Assembly: GCA_903954065.1 (NCBI GenBank)
Contig: CAJBME010000131.1
Coordinates: 16,906-80,905 of the forward strand
Direction: 5' to 3'
Source: an uncultured bacterium
GTDB taxonomy: Bacteria; Verrucomicrobiota; Verrucomicrobiia; Verrucomicrobiales; V1-33
Length of the DNA: 64,000 nt
Shown here: in pieces, positions 7,571-16,942 of the stretch
How positions within the stretch are numbered: the first letter of the stretch is position 1
Layout of the letters: each line of letters starts with the position of its first letter
Program-made: the position numbers and the translations under genes
Notes under the pieces: generated by a model
The model's input: only the letters and a program-made list of their open reading frames with translations
What the model was told of the DNA's origin: nothing
Databases searched by the model: none

Positions 7571-8788
7571 ATGAATAAGCTGATTCTTTCATTAGGCCTT
7601 CCGAGTGTGCTGTGGGGAGCGACGCTGATGCTATGCGGGTGCGGTGGAGAAAACGGAGGACAGCCCGGACCGGCGAAGGGTGGCCAAGCGGAAACGTCTT
7701 CAGCGACGCCCCCTACTTTGGTCTTGTTGGGGATGCAGGATTATTTCAATTTGGAGCTGCTGGATCTTTTTGAAAAAGAAACGGGGGTCCGGATCGACTA
7801 TCAATTATACGAGGAACCAGACGAGGTTGAACCTCGATTGCGGTCCCAGCCGGGATCGGCTGACTTGATTGTCATCGACAGCTTCAACTTGCAGAAGTTA
7901 AGGCAACTGCATCTCTTGAGGGAGCTAGACAAATCGGCGGTTCCCAATCTGACCAATGCAGACCCGAAATTTTTGAATTTAAGCTGTGACCCGGGCAACT
8001 CGGTATCGGTTCCGTATCACTGGGGTACGACGTTGATTGCCTACCGCAAGGACAAGCTGCCCGATCCGGTTCGTTCTTGGAAGCTCTTGTGGGATCAGGC
8101 TCTGAAAGGGCAGGTCATGATGCTCAATGACTCGTTTGAACCGATGGCCGTGACCATGCTGCTCAGCGGGCATTCTGCTGAGACTCTCGATGACGCCCAC
8201 TACAGTCTGGCCGCCAGCACGTTGCTGGATCACTTGAAATCGATGGACGCCCGCTATGGCGATGACGGACAGGTCAAATCAGCCCTGCTGGACGGCTCCG
8301 TGACCGCCGCCATGTGCTACAGCGGCGATGCGGCCATGGTGGCCGCCGAGCAGCCCAACGTCGATTTTTTCATTCCTGAGGAAGGCGCGATGATGTGGGT
8401 CGATTGCATGGCTATCGCCCGCGACACGCGCGACCCGGTGGCCGCCCATGCGTTCCTCAATTTTTTCCTTCGTCCGGAAATTGCGGCGGCCAACACCAAC
8501 GCCATCCATTACGCTTCCACCAACCGTGAAGCGGAAAACCTTGTGAATGAGGAGTTAAAGAACGACCAGCGACTCTACCCCCCGCCCGCATTGAGGGCCA
8601 AACTCCAGCTCGTGCCCCAGCTTGACCGCGAGCGGGATGCCCTTGTCAACCGGCACTGGTACGCCGTGCGCCGCCAAGTGATGGACGGAGCCGATCCGGA
8701 ACCTGCCGAACCCGCCGCCGCCCCCGGAGCCACCGCAGCCGCCGCAGCCGCGGAACCAGCCCACCTCGCGGAGGAAATCAGCCAATGA
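7571..8788 (+). CDS. PotD/PotF-family polyamine-type periplasmic binding lipoprotein (orphan; no permease or ATPase genes nearby)
   Basis: Lipobox LMLCGCGG. Family blocks SVPYHWGTTLIAYRKDKL, CYSGDAAMV and FFIPEEGAMMWVDCMAIARD..AHAFLNFFLRPEIAA. Ala/Pro-rich C-terminal tail. Confidence 0.8.
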   Translation: MNKLILSLGLPSVLWGATLMLCGCGGENGGQPGPAKGGQAETSSATPPTLVLLGMQDYFNLELLDLFEKETGVRIDYQLYEEPDEVEPRLRSQPGSADLIVIDSFNLQKLRQLHLLRELDKSAVPNLTNADPKFLNLSCDPGNSVSVPYHWGTTLIAYRKDKLPDPVRSWKLLWDQALKGQVMMLNDSFEPMAVTMLLSGHSAETLDDAHYSLAASTLLDHLKSMDARYGDDGQVKSALLDGSVTAAMCYSGDAAMVAAEQPNVDFFIPEEGAMMWVDCMAIARDTRDPVAAHAFLNFFLRPEIAAANTNAIHYASTNREAENLVNEELKNDQRLYPPPALRAKLQLVPQLDRERDALVNRHWYAVRRQVMDGADPEPAEPAAAPGATAAAAAAEPAHLAEEISQ

Positions 8789-11538
8789 AGACGACCCGGT
8801 GGCAACACCTGTTTCCCACCATCCGCAGTCGGCTGCTCGCCGTGCTGACCGGATGCGTCCTCCTGCCGCTGATCGCCGCCCAGCTCTGGATGCACCTCGT
8901 CACCCGACGGTCACTCGAGGCAAGTGAAATCGGGAAATACCACTCGCTGACCACCGAGGCCGCCCGGCAGGTCACCGCCCAGATGAAGTTCTCCGAACGC
9001 AATCTGCGCACCCTCAGTAGCAATCACCTGCTGCGAAAACTGGAAACTGAGAAGGAATGGGTCGAAGCCATCGGCCACATCGCCCGAGCCGGCAACTTCT
9101 GGACCGACATCTCGCTGTACAACCAAGGCGGAAGCCTACTCGCCTCCACCTCGGAAGACTATACCGAACCGCAGGAACGCACCGAATGGTTCATGCGCGC
9201 CCGTCAGGGCGAAACCGTCCTCTCCACCCCACAGCTGGTCCTCGCCCGCTCCGGCCGCCTCGACGTCGCCGTCTACCTCCCGTTAGAAGGGTCCAAAACC
9301 CTGAAAAAAGTCATCGTGCGCGGACGCGTCCCGTTCGATGAAGTCGGCGTCTCCCTCTCGCAGGTCGACCTCGGGAAAAACGGCTATCTAGTCCTGCTCG
9401 ACGGACGCGGCAATGCCTTGTACCACCCTGATTCCAAACGCCTCCTGCGACGCTACGACGGCCCGGGACGCGCCGCCCTGACCACCAGCGAAGGCCATGG
9501 TATGGGCCGCGATGCCTCCGGACAGGAGGTCTACTGGATCGCTCACCGCCTCGTCCCCGAAGGGACCCGCGTCGGAGAAACCTGGACCTTGATGGCCGTC
9601 ATTCCACGCCACCAAATCATGGCCCTCGCCAGCCAAGGGACCCGCATTCACCTCGGTGCCGGCCTCGTCACCCTGCTGCTCGTCGGTTCACTCGGATACG
9701 GTTTCTCCCGGCGCATCACCCAGCCCATCGTCCACGCCGCCGAAGCCGCCCACCAGCTCGCCCTCGGCGAAACCCATACCCGCATCACCAGCGATCGCGG
9801 CCCACGAGAAATCCGCCAGCTAGCCCACGCCTTTAATTCCATGGTCGCCGAGGTGGTCCACCATCGCACCGATCTAGAAAAATTGGTCGAACTCCGCACC
9901 CGCAGCCTCCAGGAACAAAAAGAACGCTCCAACAATCTGTCCGCCCAGTTGCACGCCGCCTTCGAGGCCACCGAGGAAGCCATCCTCATCCTCCGCCACG
10001 ACGGCGTCGTCCTCGGCGCCAATCGCCGGTTTGGACTGTTCTTCGGGGCCCGCGTCGAATCACTCGCCGGCAGCACCTTCAACCAGTGGCAACAAGACTT
10101 CTTCGGATGCTTCGCCGACCCCCAGTCCATCTCCGATCGCTGGAATCAAACCGTCTCCCAAACCGCACGCGCCCAGCCCGAACCTAAATGGCAGGTGCTG
10201 CGCCCCGAACGCCGCGTCCTCGACGTTTATGCCTCTCCCCTGATCGCCGAATCCGGCGACAGCATCGGTCAACTCTGGGTCTTCCGCGACCTAACCCACG
10301 AACAACAACTCCAAGAAAGCTTGGAACAAGCCCAGAAAATGGAGGCCATCGGCCGCCTCGCCGGTGGCATCGCCCACGACTTTAACAATTTGCTCACCGG
10401 TATCCTCGGAAACTTGTCGCTCGCTGATGGCCACCTCTCCGCCCCTGGACTCGAAGACCCCCGCTACCACGTCCACTACGCCCGCTCCGCCGCCGAACGA
10501 GCCGCCCAGCTCGTCAAAGGGCTGCTCGGATTCTCCCGCCGGAGCCACATCGAACTCACCCACTGCGACCTCAACGCCGCCTTGCGCGAGTTCCACCCGC
10601 TCGTCCATCGCAGCCTCGGCGCCCAGTTCCCCGTCGAACTGAACCTCGATCCCACCCTCTGGGCCACCCACGCGGACATCAGCAAACTCGAACAGGTTAT
10701 CATGAACCTGTGCGTCAATGCCCGCGACGCCATGGAGTCAGGCGCCGGCAAAGGATCCATCACCATCCGCACTCACAACGAAGTCATCCCCGCTCAAAAC
10801 GCCCGCCGCTTCCAAGCCGTACCCGGGGAACACGTCTGCCTGTCCGTCACCGATACCGGCTGCGGCATGCCTCCGGAAATTATCGATAAAATCTTCGAGC
10901 CGTTCTTCACCACCAAAGAACAAGGCAAAGGCACCGGCCTCGGCCTCGCCACCTCCTACGGCATCGTCCAACAACACGGCGGATGGATGGAATGTGAGTC
11001 CGCCCCAGGTCAGGGCACCACTTTCCGCGTCTTCCTCCCACGCAATGAGGCCGTTGCTCCTCTCGAGGCCGCCCCCGCCGCCCCCGCCGCCCCCACCGAT
11101 GTCCGCGGCGATGAAACCATCCTGCTGGTCGATGACGAAATCATGGTCCGCATGGTCGCCGAAACCCTGCTCAAATCACACGGCTATCGCATCCTCACCG
11201 CCGGCGATGGCCAGGAAGCCGTCAGCGTCTTCCGCGCCCATCAAGACGAAATCAGCCTCATCCTCATGGACATGACCATGCCCAAAATGTCCGGCCTCGA
11301 GGCCTTCCAAGAACTGCGCACCCTCGACCGCTTTACCCCAGTCGTCATCTGCAGCGGTTACGTCGTCGACCTCGGAGAATGGCAGACGCCGCAAGGCGAC
11401 CGACCTAACGGCTTCGTCCAGAAACCCTACAACCTGCGCGACCTCGTCTCCACCGTGCGACATCTCATCGATACCTCCGCCGAACGCTCCTCCCAGTCAC
11501 GCCACCGCTCCCCCCAGACCGCTTCGCTCGCGAGTTAA
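8785..11538 (+). CDS. Hybrid sensor histidine kinase (TM, Cache-like periplasmic domain, HAMP, PAS, HisKA, HATPase, receiver)
   Basis: Start ATG overlaps the upstream stop (ATGA at 8785-8788). H-box [16 protein letters not shown]; N/G boxes [24 protein letters not shown]; receiver [24 protein letters not shown]. Confidence 0.9.
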   Translation: MKTTRWQHLFPTIRSRLLAVLTGCVLLPLIAAQLWMHLVTRRSLEASEIGKYHSLTTEAARQVTAQMKFSERNLRTLSSNHLLRKLETEKEWVEAIGHIARAGNFWTDISLYNQGGSLLASTSEDYTEPQERTEWFMRARQGETVLSTPQLVLARSGRLDVAVYLPLEGSKTLKKVIVRGRVPFDEVGVSLSQVDLGKNGYLVLLDGRGNALYHPDSKRLLRRYDGPGRAALTTSEGHGMGRDASGQEVYWIAHRLVPEGTRVGETWTLMAVIPRHQIMALASQGTRIHLGAGLVTLLLVGSLGYGFSRRITQPIVHAAEAAHQLALGETHTRITSDRGPREIRQLAHAFNSMVAEVVHHRTDLEKLVELRTRSLQEQKERSNNLSAQLHAAFEATEEAILILRHDGVVLGANRRFGLFFGARVESLAGSTFNQWQQDFFGCFADPQSISDRWNQTVSQTARAQPEPKWQVLRPERRVLDVYASPLIAESGDSIGQLWVFRDLTHEQQLQESLEQAQKMEAIGRLAGGIAHDFNNLLTGILGNLSLADGHLSAPGLEDPRYHVHYARSAAERAAQLVKGLLGFSRRSHIELTHCDLNAALREFHPLVHRSLGAQFPVELNLDPTLWATHADISKLEQVIMNLCVNARDAMESGAGKGSITIRTHNEVIPAQNARRFQAVPGEHVCLSVTDTGCGMPPEIIDKIFEPFFTTKEQGKGTGLGLATSYGIVQQHGGWMECESAPGQGTTFRVFLPRNEAVAPLEAAPAAPAAPTDVRGDETILLVDDEIMVRMVAETLLKSHGYRILTAGDGQEAVSVFRAHQDEISLILMDMTMPKMSGLEAFQELRTLDRFTPVVICSGYVVDLGEWQTPQGDRPNGFVQKPYNLRDLVSTVRHLIDTSAERSSQSRHRSPQTASLAS

Positions 11539-11550
11539 AAAAATCCAACG

Positions 11551-12075
11551 TCAGCGCGGCGGCTGCGGCACCCCAAACGCATCCCGCTTCTCCCGCGGAT
11601 GAAAAAGCCATCCCGGCGCCGCATCCACCTCCTCGTAGTCCTCCAAAATAAACTCCGGCAAAATCTTGTCGCTGTTCGGATCATACACGCGCCGGCCACT
11701 CAAACGTCCCCGCAATCGGTACTCCCGGTTGTCATCATACTGATACCCGCGCTCCCCTCCCCCAGGCGTCTCCACCAAACGGTCCGGCGCCGCCTTCTCC
11801 CGCTCATTCAAAACCACCAGCTGCGCCTGCGCCCACGTCTGCCGCGGCCGACGAATAAATCCCCAAAATCGCGTCCGCTCCCCAGCCACCCGCCGACCCA
11901 CCCAATAATCCCCCGCCGGCTCCTCCATAATACGACGATCACGCGCCACCACCTCGGGCGCCACCGTCCGACACCCGGATCCCACCCCCATCATCACCAC
12001 CGTCAAAATAAAAACAAATCCCCGCATCCCCCACATCATGCGCTTCTCCCTGACCTTCGCAAACATTTTAGTCAT
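11551..12075 (-). CDS. Hypothetical lipoprotein
   Basis: Signal/lipobox ILTVVMMGVGSGC. No recognisable catalytic motif. Confidence 0.5.
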   Translation of the reverse strand: MTKMFAKVREKRMMWGMRGFVFILTVVMMGVGSGCRTVAPEVVARDRRIMEEPAGDYWVGRRVAGERTRFWGFIRRPRQTWAQAQLVVLNEREKAAPDRLVETPGGGERGYQYDDNREYRLRGRLSGRRVYDPNSDKILPEFILEDYEEVDAAPGWLFHPREKRDAFGVPQPPR

Positions 12076-12273
12076 GCACTCATTTCACACTTGCTTTTTT
12101 TTAAAATTTGAGACACAATCCTGATTATTAGTTCGAACTTGCGACGAGTTACCGCAATTACCAGATTAAAACTATGATTTTCATATTTACAGTATTTTAA
12201 AGCTTGTAATTTCTTCTGGTTCCATTAAACTAATCATAATTTTTAATATCAAGCCATCCCCCTTTACCGACCG

Positions 12274-12735
12274 ATGACTCACGCTTATCCCATGAACACA
12301 GCAGAAGACACCAAACCTCCCATGAAAAAAGTCGCCAGCGATGTGGCCGACTTCATCATGTTCACGCAGCGGTCATTCCTGCTCGACCTCTCGCGTGAAT
12401 TGAACCGCGGGAACGTCTCGTACGCCCAGTTCTTTCTGCTCGGATACCTCTCCAGTGAGCAACAACTGACCATGACCGACATCTCCCGCAAAATGGGTCA
12501 CAGCACGGCCGCCGCGACCGGCCTCGTCGACCGCTTGGAAAAATTAGGCTACGTCCAACGCCTCCACGCCGCCGATGACCGCCGCAAAGTCATGGTCCAG
12601 ATCACCACCAAAGGCATTCAGCTCGTCCAGCAACTCCGCGACAACCTCGCTAGCAACGTCGCCGATGTCATGGCCTCGTCCAATAACCCGGCCGCCCCAG
12701 AAATCGATAAAGCCGCGGCCTTCCTGAAACGCTAG
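12274..12735 (+). CDS. MarR-family transcriptional regulator
   Basis: Winged-helix block LTMTDISRKMGHSTAAATGLVDRLEKLGYVQRLHAADDRRKVMVQITTKG. Confidence 0.85.
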   Translation: MTHAYPMNTAEDTKPPMKKVASDVADFIMFTQRSFLLDLSRELNRGNVSYAQFFLLGYLSSEQQLTMTDISRKMGHSTAAATGLVDRLEKLGYVQRLHAADDRRKVMVQITTKGIQLVQQLRDNLASNVADVMASSNNPAAPEIDKAAAFLKR

Positions 12736-12776
12736 GCCCGCAGCTGCCTCCCTCTCCTGCCAGCCACCCCTCAATG

Positions 12777-12807
12777 CCCCAGCCGTCACCGGCCGGGGCC
12801 TTTTTTT
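12777..12807 (+). terminator. Putative intrinsic terminator downstream of the MarR gene
   Basis: Stem ccccagccg / cggccgggg (one mismatch), loop tcac, then a T7 run at 12801-12807. Confidence 0.5.
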
Positions 12808-12916
12808 GCCCCTTTTTCTCCCCCCAACAGGGCTTCCCTCGGATACCCCCAGAGGCTTCGCCTCGGTTATCTCTCCGAGGCTTCGCCCCCGTTTTATTTC
12901 AAATGCGTCACTCCGA

Positions 12917-13810
12917 TTAGGAATGGAGATGGCGCCCTGGGAACGTCAGTTCGGCGATGCCGGACTTGTCCAGACCGCCCAGTCCCGACTCGACCATTTT
13001 TTCATATTGGGCGGCGGTAGCGGCCGCCAGTGGCAGCGCCAGTCCTTTGGCCTTGGCCAGATCGAGCGCGATATTGCTATCTTTGGCGGCGTGCTCGGCG
13101 CTGAACCAGCAGTCATGCTCCCTCGACTGCATGTCGCCACCGTCGGTCTCCAACACCCGGCTGTTGGCCCCGGTCTGTGAGAAAACTTCGCGGATCAGAT
13201 CAAGATCCAGTCCCAGTGCGCTGGCGAGGCCCAGACCTTCGGCCAGCCCTGCCGTATTGATGTTCATCACCATGTTGACCAGCGCCTTGACCTCGGCCGC
13301 CTTGCCTGTCGGGCCGCAATACCGGAGGTTCACCGACATCAGCTTCAGCAACGGCTCAAACTTTTTAAAGGTCTCCTCACGGCCACCACACATGAGGTAC
13401 AACGTCCCCTGACGGGCTTGCGAGATCGAGCTGGCCATACAGCCTTCCACCGTGTGCGCGCCCGCCGCTTCAGCCGCTTTTTCCACTTCCTGCTGCAAAC
13501 CAGGGCTCAACGTCGCGCAGTTGATGAAGGTTTTACCCGTCGCATTGACCAGCAGGTTGTCTTCAGCCGCAAAGAAAATGCCGCGCATCGCCGCATCATT
13601 CGTCACCACCGTGAACACCACATCAGCCGCCGCCGTCACATCGGCCAGCTTCGTCATGGCCGCCGCCCCCAACTCAGTGGCCACTTCCTGCGCCACCGAC
13701 GCGTTGATGTCGTAGACTGCCGTAATCTCATAACCAACTTCCTTGAGACGACGGGCCATGTTCGATCCCATACGGCCGACGCCGACGAAGGCAATGCGTT
13801 CTTTACTCAT
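12917..13810 (-). CDS. NAD(P)-dependent oxidoreductase, 3-hydroxyisobutyrate/6-phosphogluconate dehydrogenase-like family
   Basis: Rossmann motif IAFVGVGRMGSNMARRL. Length and overall layout match HIBADH/GarR-type enzymes. Confidence 0.85.
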   Translation of the reverse strand: MSKERIAFVGVGRMGSNMARRLKEVGYEITAVYDINASVAQEVATELGAAAMTKLADVTAAADVVFTVVTNDAAMRGIFFAAEDNLLVNATGKTFINCATLSPGLQQEVEKAAEAAGAHTVEGCMASSISQARQGTLYLMCGGREETFKKFEPLLKLMSVNLRYCGPTGKAAEVKALVNMVMNINTAGLAEGLGLASALGLDLDLIREVFSQTGANSRVLETDGGDMQSREHDCWFSAEHAAKDSNIALDLAKAKGLALPLAAATAAQYEKMVESGLGGLDKSGIAELTFPGRHLHS

Positions 13811-13959
13811 GTTGCTAAACGGTTTACGAAGTTAAATGATGTGAGTGAAATGATAAAACAATGCCGCCGGACGACCGCAGCCACCCGATGGAAATTGATG
13901 CCTAACGGTCCGGCCCGGCCCTGTAAAGATACAATTGCACTCTCCAAACAGATTGCAGT

Positions 13960-13987
13960 TTGCAGAATCGCCACCCATCGATATATA
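13960..13987 (+). promoter_or_regulatory. Candidate sigma70-type promoter for tRNA-Ser (TTGCAG-N16-TATATA)
   Basis: Hexamers read directly at 13960-13965 and 13982-13987, about 41 nt upstream of the tRNA 5' end. Confidence 0.35.
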
Positions 13988-14028
13988 CTTCACTTTCGGC
14001 GAACGAACTTCGCCAAACCTCGACATAT

Positions 14029-14118
14029 GGAAGGGTGGCTGAGTGGTTTAAGGCACCTGACTCGAAATCAGACGTAGGGGCAACCTTACCGTGGGTTCGA
14101 CTCCCACCCCTTCCGCCA
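14029..14118 (+). tRNA. tRNA-Ser (anticodon CGA), class II with long variable arm and encoded CCA
   Basis: Hand-folded. Acceptor GGAAGGG/CCCTTCC; anticodon stem CCTGA/TCAGA with one top mismatch; loop CTCGAAA; variable arm CGTAGGGGCAACCTTACC; T-arm GTGGG-TTCGACT-CCCAC; then G-CCA. Closely parallels E. coli tRNA-Ser(CGA). Confidence 0.9.
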
Positions 14119-14194
14119 TATTCGTTCCACAAGGCTTTCAGCGCCGGAGGTGGAAAAGTAAAAACACGTTCAGCACGATTCAGGGCCATTCGTG

Positions 14195-14227
14195 GGTGTT
14201 TTTTTGATGTCCAAAACACCTTTTTTT
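14195..14227 (+). terminator. Putative intrinsic terminator after tRNA-Ser
   Basis: Stem ggtgtttt (14195-14202) / aaaacacc (14213-14220), followed by a T7 run at 14221-14227. Confidence 0.55.
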
Positions 14228-14672
14228 GCTGCGGCTCAAGTCGGCCGGACGGTCTTTTTTCAGTGCAGAGGATCAATGCGCGGACGTCGGAGGCAGTGTC
14301 CGATTCATGGTGTGCCCGACCGGATTGGCGGTTCATGCCCACCAAAAGGTCTCTTGGAGATCCCCAACACCTCCGGCACGAGTCACCGCCCCCCATGGTT
14401 TCTCCTGTTCACACACACCATAACCCCGAGTAGCATGAAGGCCTGCAGGACGGTCGCGCAGATCGCCACCGTCCAGAAAAACTGGATCACCGGCGTCAAG
14501 GTGGTCCACCATTCAATCACGCCGCCGATCATGAGGTACCAATCCGAACAAGTCGATGATACTTTTGCCTAGGGTGTGGACCGCGCCGGACTGAACCCTG
14601 GGAGCGCCGCAGTCGCCTGCCTTCTGGCACGCGATCCCAACGCCGGCCCCTCACAGACAATCCCGAACAAAA

Positions 14673-14887
14673 TCACCATCCAATCCGAGTAAGTCCGGCC
14701 ACGTGGTCGAAATGGACACGGATGAAAGTTGCTTCGTTGAGCCACCAGGCGGAAAGGCCGTTCGTGTCGAGGATCATTTCCATTCCTCCTCTTCGATCTG
14801 CTCGAAGTTCTCCTCGACAATCCGCTCAAGGCGCATGAGTTCCGCCACTATTTCCGGGTCATTGGCGGCGATTCCCGCAAATTTCAT
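14673..14887 (-). pseudogene. Decayed vapBC-like toxin-antitoxin remnant (37-aa antitoxin C-terminal fragment plus 34-aa internally deleted PIN toxin)
   Basis: Not in the ORF track (both under 60 aa). Minus strand 14887-14774 encodes MKFAGIAANDPEIVAELMRLERIVEENFEQIEEEEWK*. An ATGA overlap leads into 14777-14673, MILDTNGLSAWWLNEATFIRVHFDHVAGLTRIGW*. This joins a PIN N-terminus (MILDTN) directly to a VapC-type C-terminus (HFDHVxGLxRxxW), with the middle ~90 aa missing. Confidence 0.6.
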
Positions 14888-15010
14888 CCACGGGATTCGG
14901 AGGCGCCTGCTGAGTGCTTACAGTGCGGGTTGTTGGGACAACAGATGCCGTGGTTGGAAAATTCGGGGATTGTATCGATCATAAAATCGTATAACAGTTG
15001 CTCTATCGAT

Positions 15011-15223
15011 ATGGCTACGGTTACCGTTTCACCCAAGTTTCAGGTTGTCATCCCCAAGGATGTCCGGGATGGCCTGACCTTGTCACCTGGCGACAAGGTT
15101 GAGGTGATCCAGTTGGAGGGCAGGATCGAGCTGGTTCCTGTGCGATCCGCCGAGTCCATGCGCGGATTTCTCAAAAGACTCACTAACACCTTCGAAAGGG
15201 AAACCGACCGATGCCTGCCGTAG
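15011..15223 (+). CDS. vapB: AbrB/SpoVT (MazE-fold) family antitoxin
   Basis: MATVTVSPKFQVVIPKDVRDGLTLSPGDKVEV is a typical SpoVT/AbrB swapped-hairpin N-terminus. Start trimmed from 14930 to ATG 15011. Overlaps the downstream PIN gene by 13 nt. Confidence 0.8.
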   Translation: MATVTVSPKFQVVIPKDVRDGLTLSPGDKVEVIQLEGRIELVPVRSAESMRGFLKRLTNTFERETDRCLP

Positions 15224-15600
15224 TCGACTCGTCGGGGTGGATCGAGTATTTTACCGACGGATCGAACGCGGAACGCTTCGCCGGAGCCATCGCGGATGCG
15301 GACGCGTTGATCGTGCCATCGATCACGATCACCGAGGTATACAGGTGGGTGCTGCGCGAGGCGGGGTTATCCGATGCCCTTGCTGTCGCTGCTCTAATGA
15401 AACAGGGAAAGGTCATTCCCCTTAATGACCGCCTCGCGATTCTTGCTGCGGAAACCAGCCACAGGCACCGCCTCTCCTTGGCCGATGGAATCATTTACAC
15501 GACAGCCCTCTCCGCCTCCGCCGAGCTGCTCACGCAGGATTCCGATCTTGAGGGATTGCCAGGGGTCACCTACATCGCCCATCCCAAAAGGAACAGCTGA
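15211..15600 (+). CDS. vapC: PIN-domain ribonuclease toxin
   Basis: Acidic PIN residues in the expected order: VVDSS (D6), ITEV (E), SLADGI (D), TQDSD (D). 129 aa. Confidence 0.85.
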   Translation: MPAVVDSSGWIEYFTDGSNAERFAGAIADADALIVPSITITEVYRWVLREAGLSDALAVAALMKQGKVIPLNDRLAILAAETSHRHRLSLADGIIYTTALSASAELLTQDSDLEGLPGVTYIAHPKRNS

Positions 15601-15609
15601 GGAGAGAAT

Positions 15610-15639
15610 TTCAAAATTTCTCGCCAACGGGGGTATAAT
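15610..15639 (+). promoter_or_regulatory. Candidate promoter for the serpin gene (TTCAAA-N18-TATAAT)
   Basis: Perfect -10 TATAAT at 15634-15639, embedded in the inverted repeat gggggta..taccccc. Weak -35 at 15610-15615. Confidence 0.35.
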
Positions 15640-15664
15640 CATTTTTGTACCCCCTGAAACCCTG

Positions 15665-16942
15665 ATGAAACTGCTTCTCACCAGCCTGTTGATGGCCACC
15701 TTGAGCCTTGGAGCTATGCCCATTTCCCGCGCCCTCGAAAAACCGTCGGCCGCTGCGCACGCCGTCAACGCCTTGGGCGTCGACCTGCTCGCTCGGGGAA
15801 CAGCGGCGGGCACCAATACCGTACTTTCGCCGTATTCGATACAATCGGCCTTGGCCATGACCTATGCCGGAGCGGCCGGGGACACCCGGAGCCAGATGAC
15901 CGGCGTGCTGCACTATCCAGAGGACGAGAGCGCCTTGCACCAGTCGTTTGGGGAACTTCGGACGGCACTGGAAATGCTGAGCGCCAAACCCGTGGAGCAG
16001 GCACCAGCGGGAGCCAAAGCAGGCGGAGGTACCGCGCAGCCCATCCAACTCACCGTGGCCAACCGCCTCTTTGGACAACAAGGATATGAGTTCCGCCCGC
16101 CGTTTCTCGAATTAGTGGAACGCACCTACGGCGCCCCGCTGCAATCCATGGACTTCATCAGTCATGCCAACGCCGAGCGAGTAAAAATCAACAATTGGGT
16201 GGAAGAGCAGACGAAGCAACGGATCACTGACCTTATTCCGGGCAACGCCCTCACGAGCGACAGCCGCCTCGTACTGGTCAATGCCATTCACCTCAAAGCC
16301 CCGTGGGCCCGGGAGTTCCCCGCTCGCGCCACGCAGCCGCTGCCGTTCCATCTCAAAAATGGCGACCCCGTCAAAGTAGATACCATGCAGCGAACCGGCA
16401 AGATGGGATACGCAAAACTCGATGGATTTCAGGCGGTAACGGTCCCCTATCTCGGCGGCGAACTCCACTTGCTGGTGCTCCTCCCCGAAACCCGAGACGG
16501 TCTGGCCGCGCTCGAAGCAAAACTCACTCCCGAATTGCTGGCCGCCTGCGCCTCCTCCACCCTAACGGAAATCGAGCTCTCTCTCCCGAAATTTAAACTC
16601 GAGCCGCCCGTCTTTAAACTAGCCGAAACCTTGCGTTCGCTCGGCATGACCCACGCCTTCGACGACCCCAAAGGCAGCGCCAACTTCGACCGCATGGCTC
16701 CGCGCACGCCCAAAGACTACCTCATGATCTCAGAGGTCTTTCATAAGACCTACATGACGCTGGATGAAAAAGGAACCGAAGCCGCAGCGGCCACCGCCGT
16801 CACCATGACCAGATCCACCAGCCTCATCGAGCCAACCACACCAGTCGCCGTGCGCGTCGACCACCCGTTCCTCTTTGCCATTCAGCACCGCAGCAGCGGG
16901 ACTTGCCTCTTTCTTGGGCGTCTCTGCGATCCGCGAGAATAA
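15665..16942 (+). CDS. Secreted serpin (serine protease inhibitor family)
   Basis: Start trimmed from 15425 to ATG 15665, giving signal peptide MKLLLTSLLMATLSLGAMPISRA. Inhibitory-type hinge EKGTEAAAATAV. C-terminal serpin signature VDHPFLFAIQHRSSGTCLFLGRLCDP. Confidence 0.9.
   Translation: MKLLLTSLLMATLSLGAMPISRALEKPSAAAHAVNALGVDLLARGTAAGTNTVLSPYSIQSALAMTYAGAAGDTRSQMTGVLHYPEDESALHQSFGELRTALEMLSAKPVEQAPAGAKAGGGTAQPIQLTVANRLFGQQGYEFRPPFLELVERTYGAPLQSMDFISHANAERVKINNWVEEQTKQRITDLIPGNALTSDSRLVLVNAIHLKAPWAREFPARATQPLPFHLKNGDPVKVDTMQRTGKMGYAKLDGFQAVTVPYLGGELHLLVLLPETRDGLAALEAKLTPELLAACASSTLTEIELSLPKFKLEPPVFKLAETLRSLGMTHAFDDPKGSANFDRMAPRTPKDYLMISEVFHKTYMTLDEKGTEAAAATAVTMTRSTSLIEPTTPVAVRVDHPFLFAIQHRSSGTCLFLGRLCDPRE

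Noticed and set aside
12850-12895. The direct repeat gaggcttcgcc (two copies) forms the hairpin gcctcgg..ccgaggc just downstream of the dehydrogenase gene stop on the minus strand.
   Set aside because: It might be a terminator-like structure for the minus-strand gene, but no T-run follows it on that strand. The evidence is too weak for a feature call.
13902-14433. ORFs 13902..14396 (-) and 13960..14433 (+) overlapping the tRNA-Ser gene.
   Set aside because: They span the tRNA and its terminator on both strands and have no protein-like features. They are artefacts.
14383-14532. A 49-aa minus-strand ORF, MIGGVIEWWTTLTPVIQFFWTVAICATVLQAFMLLGVMVCVNRRNHGGR*, resembling the N-terminal TM helix of NfeD/YqiJ-like proteins.
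   Set aside because: It is too short and has no downstream domain. It may be a truncated remnant within the tRNA-proximal islet, but I cannot support calling it a gene.
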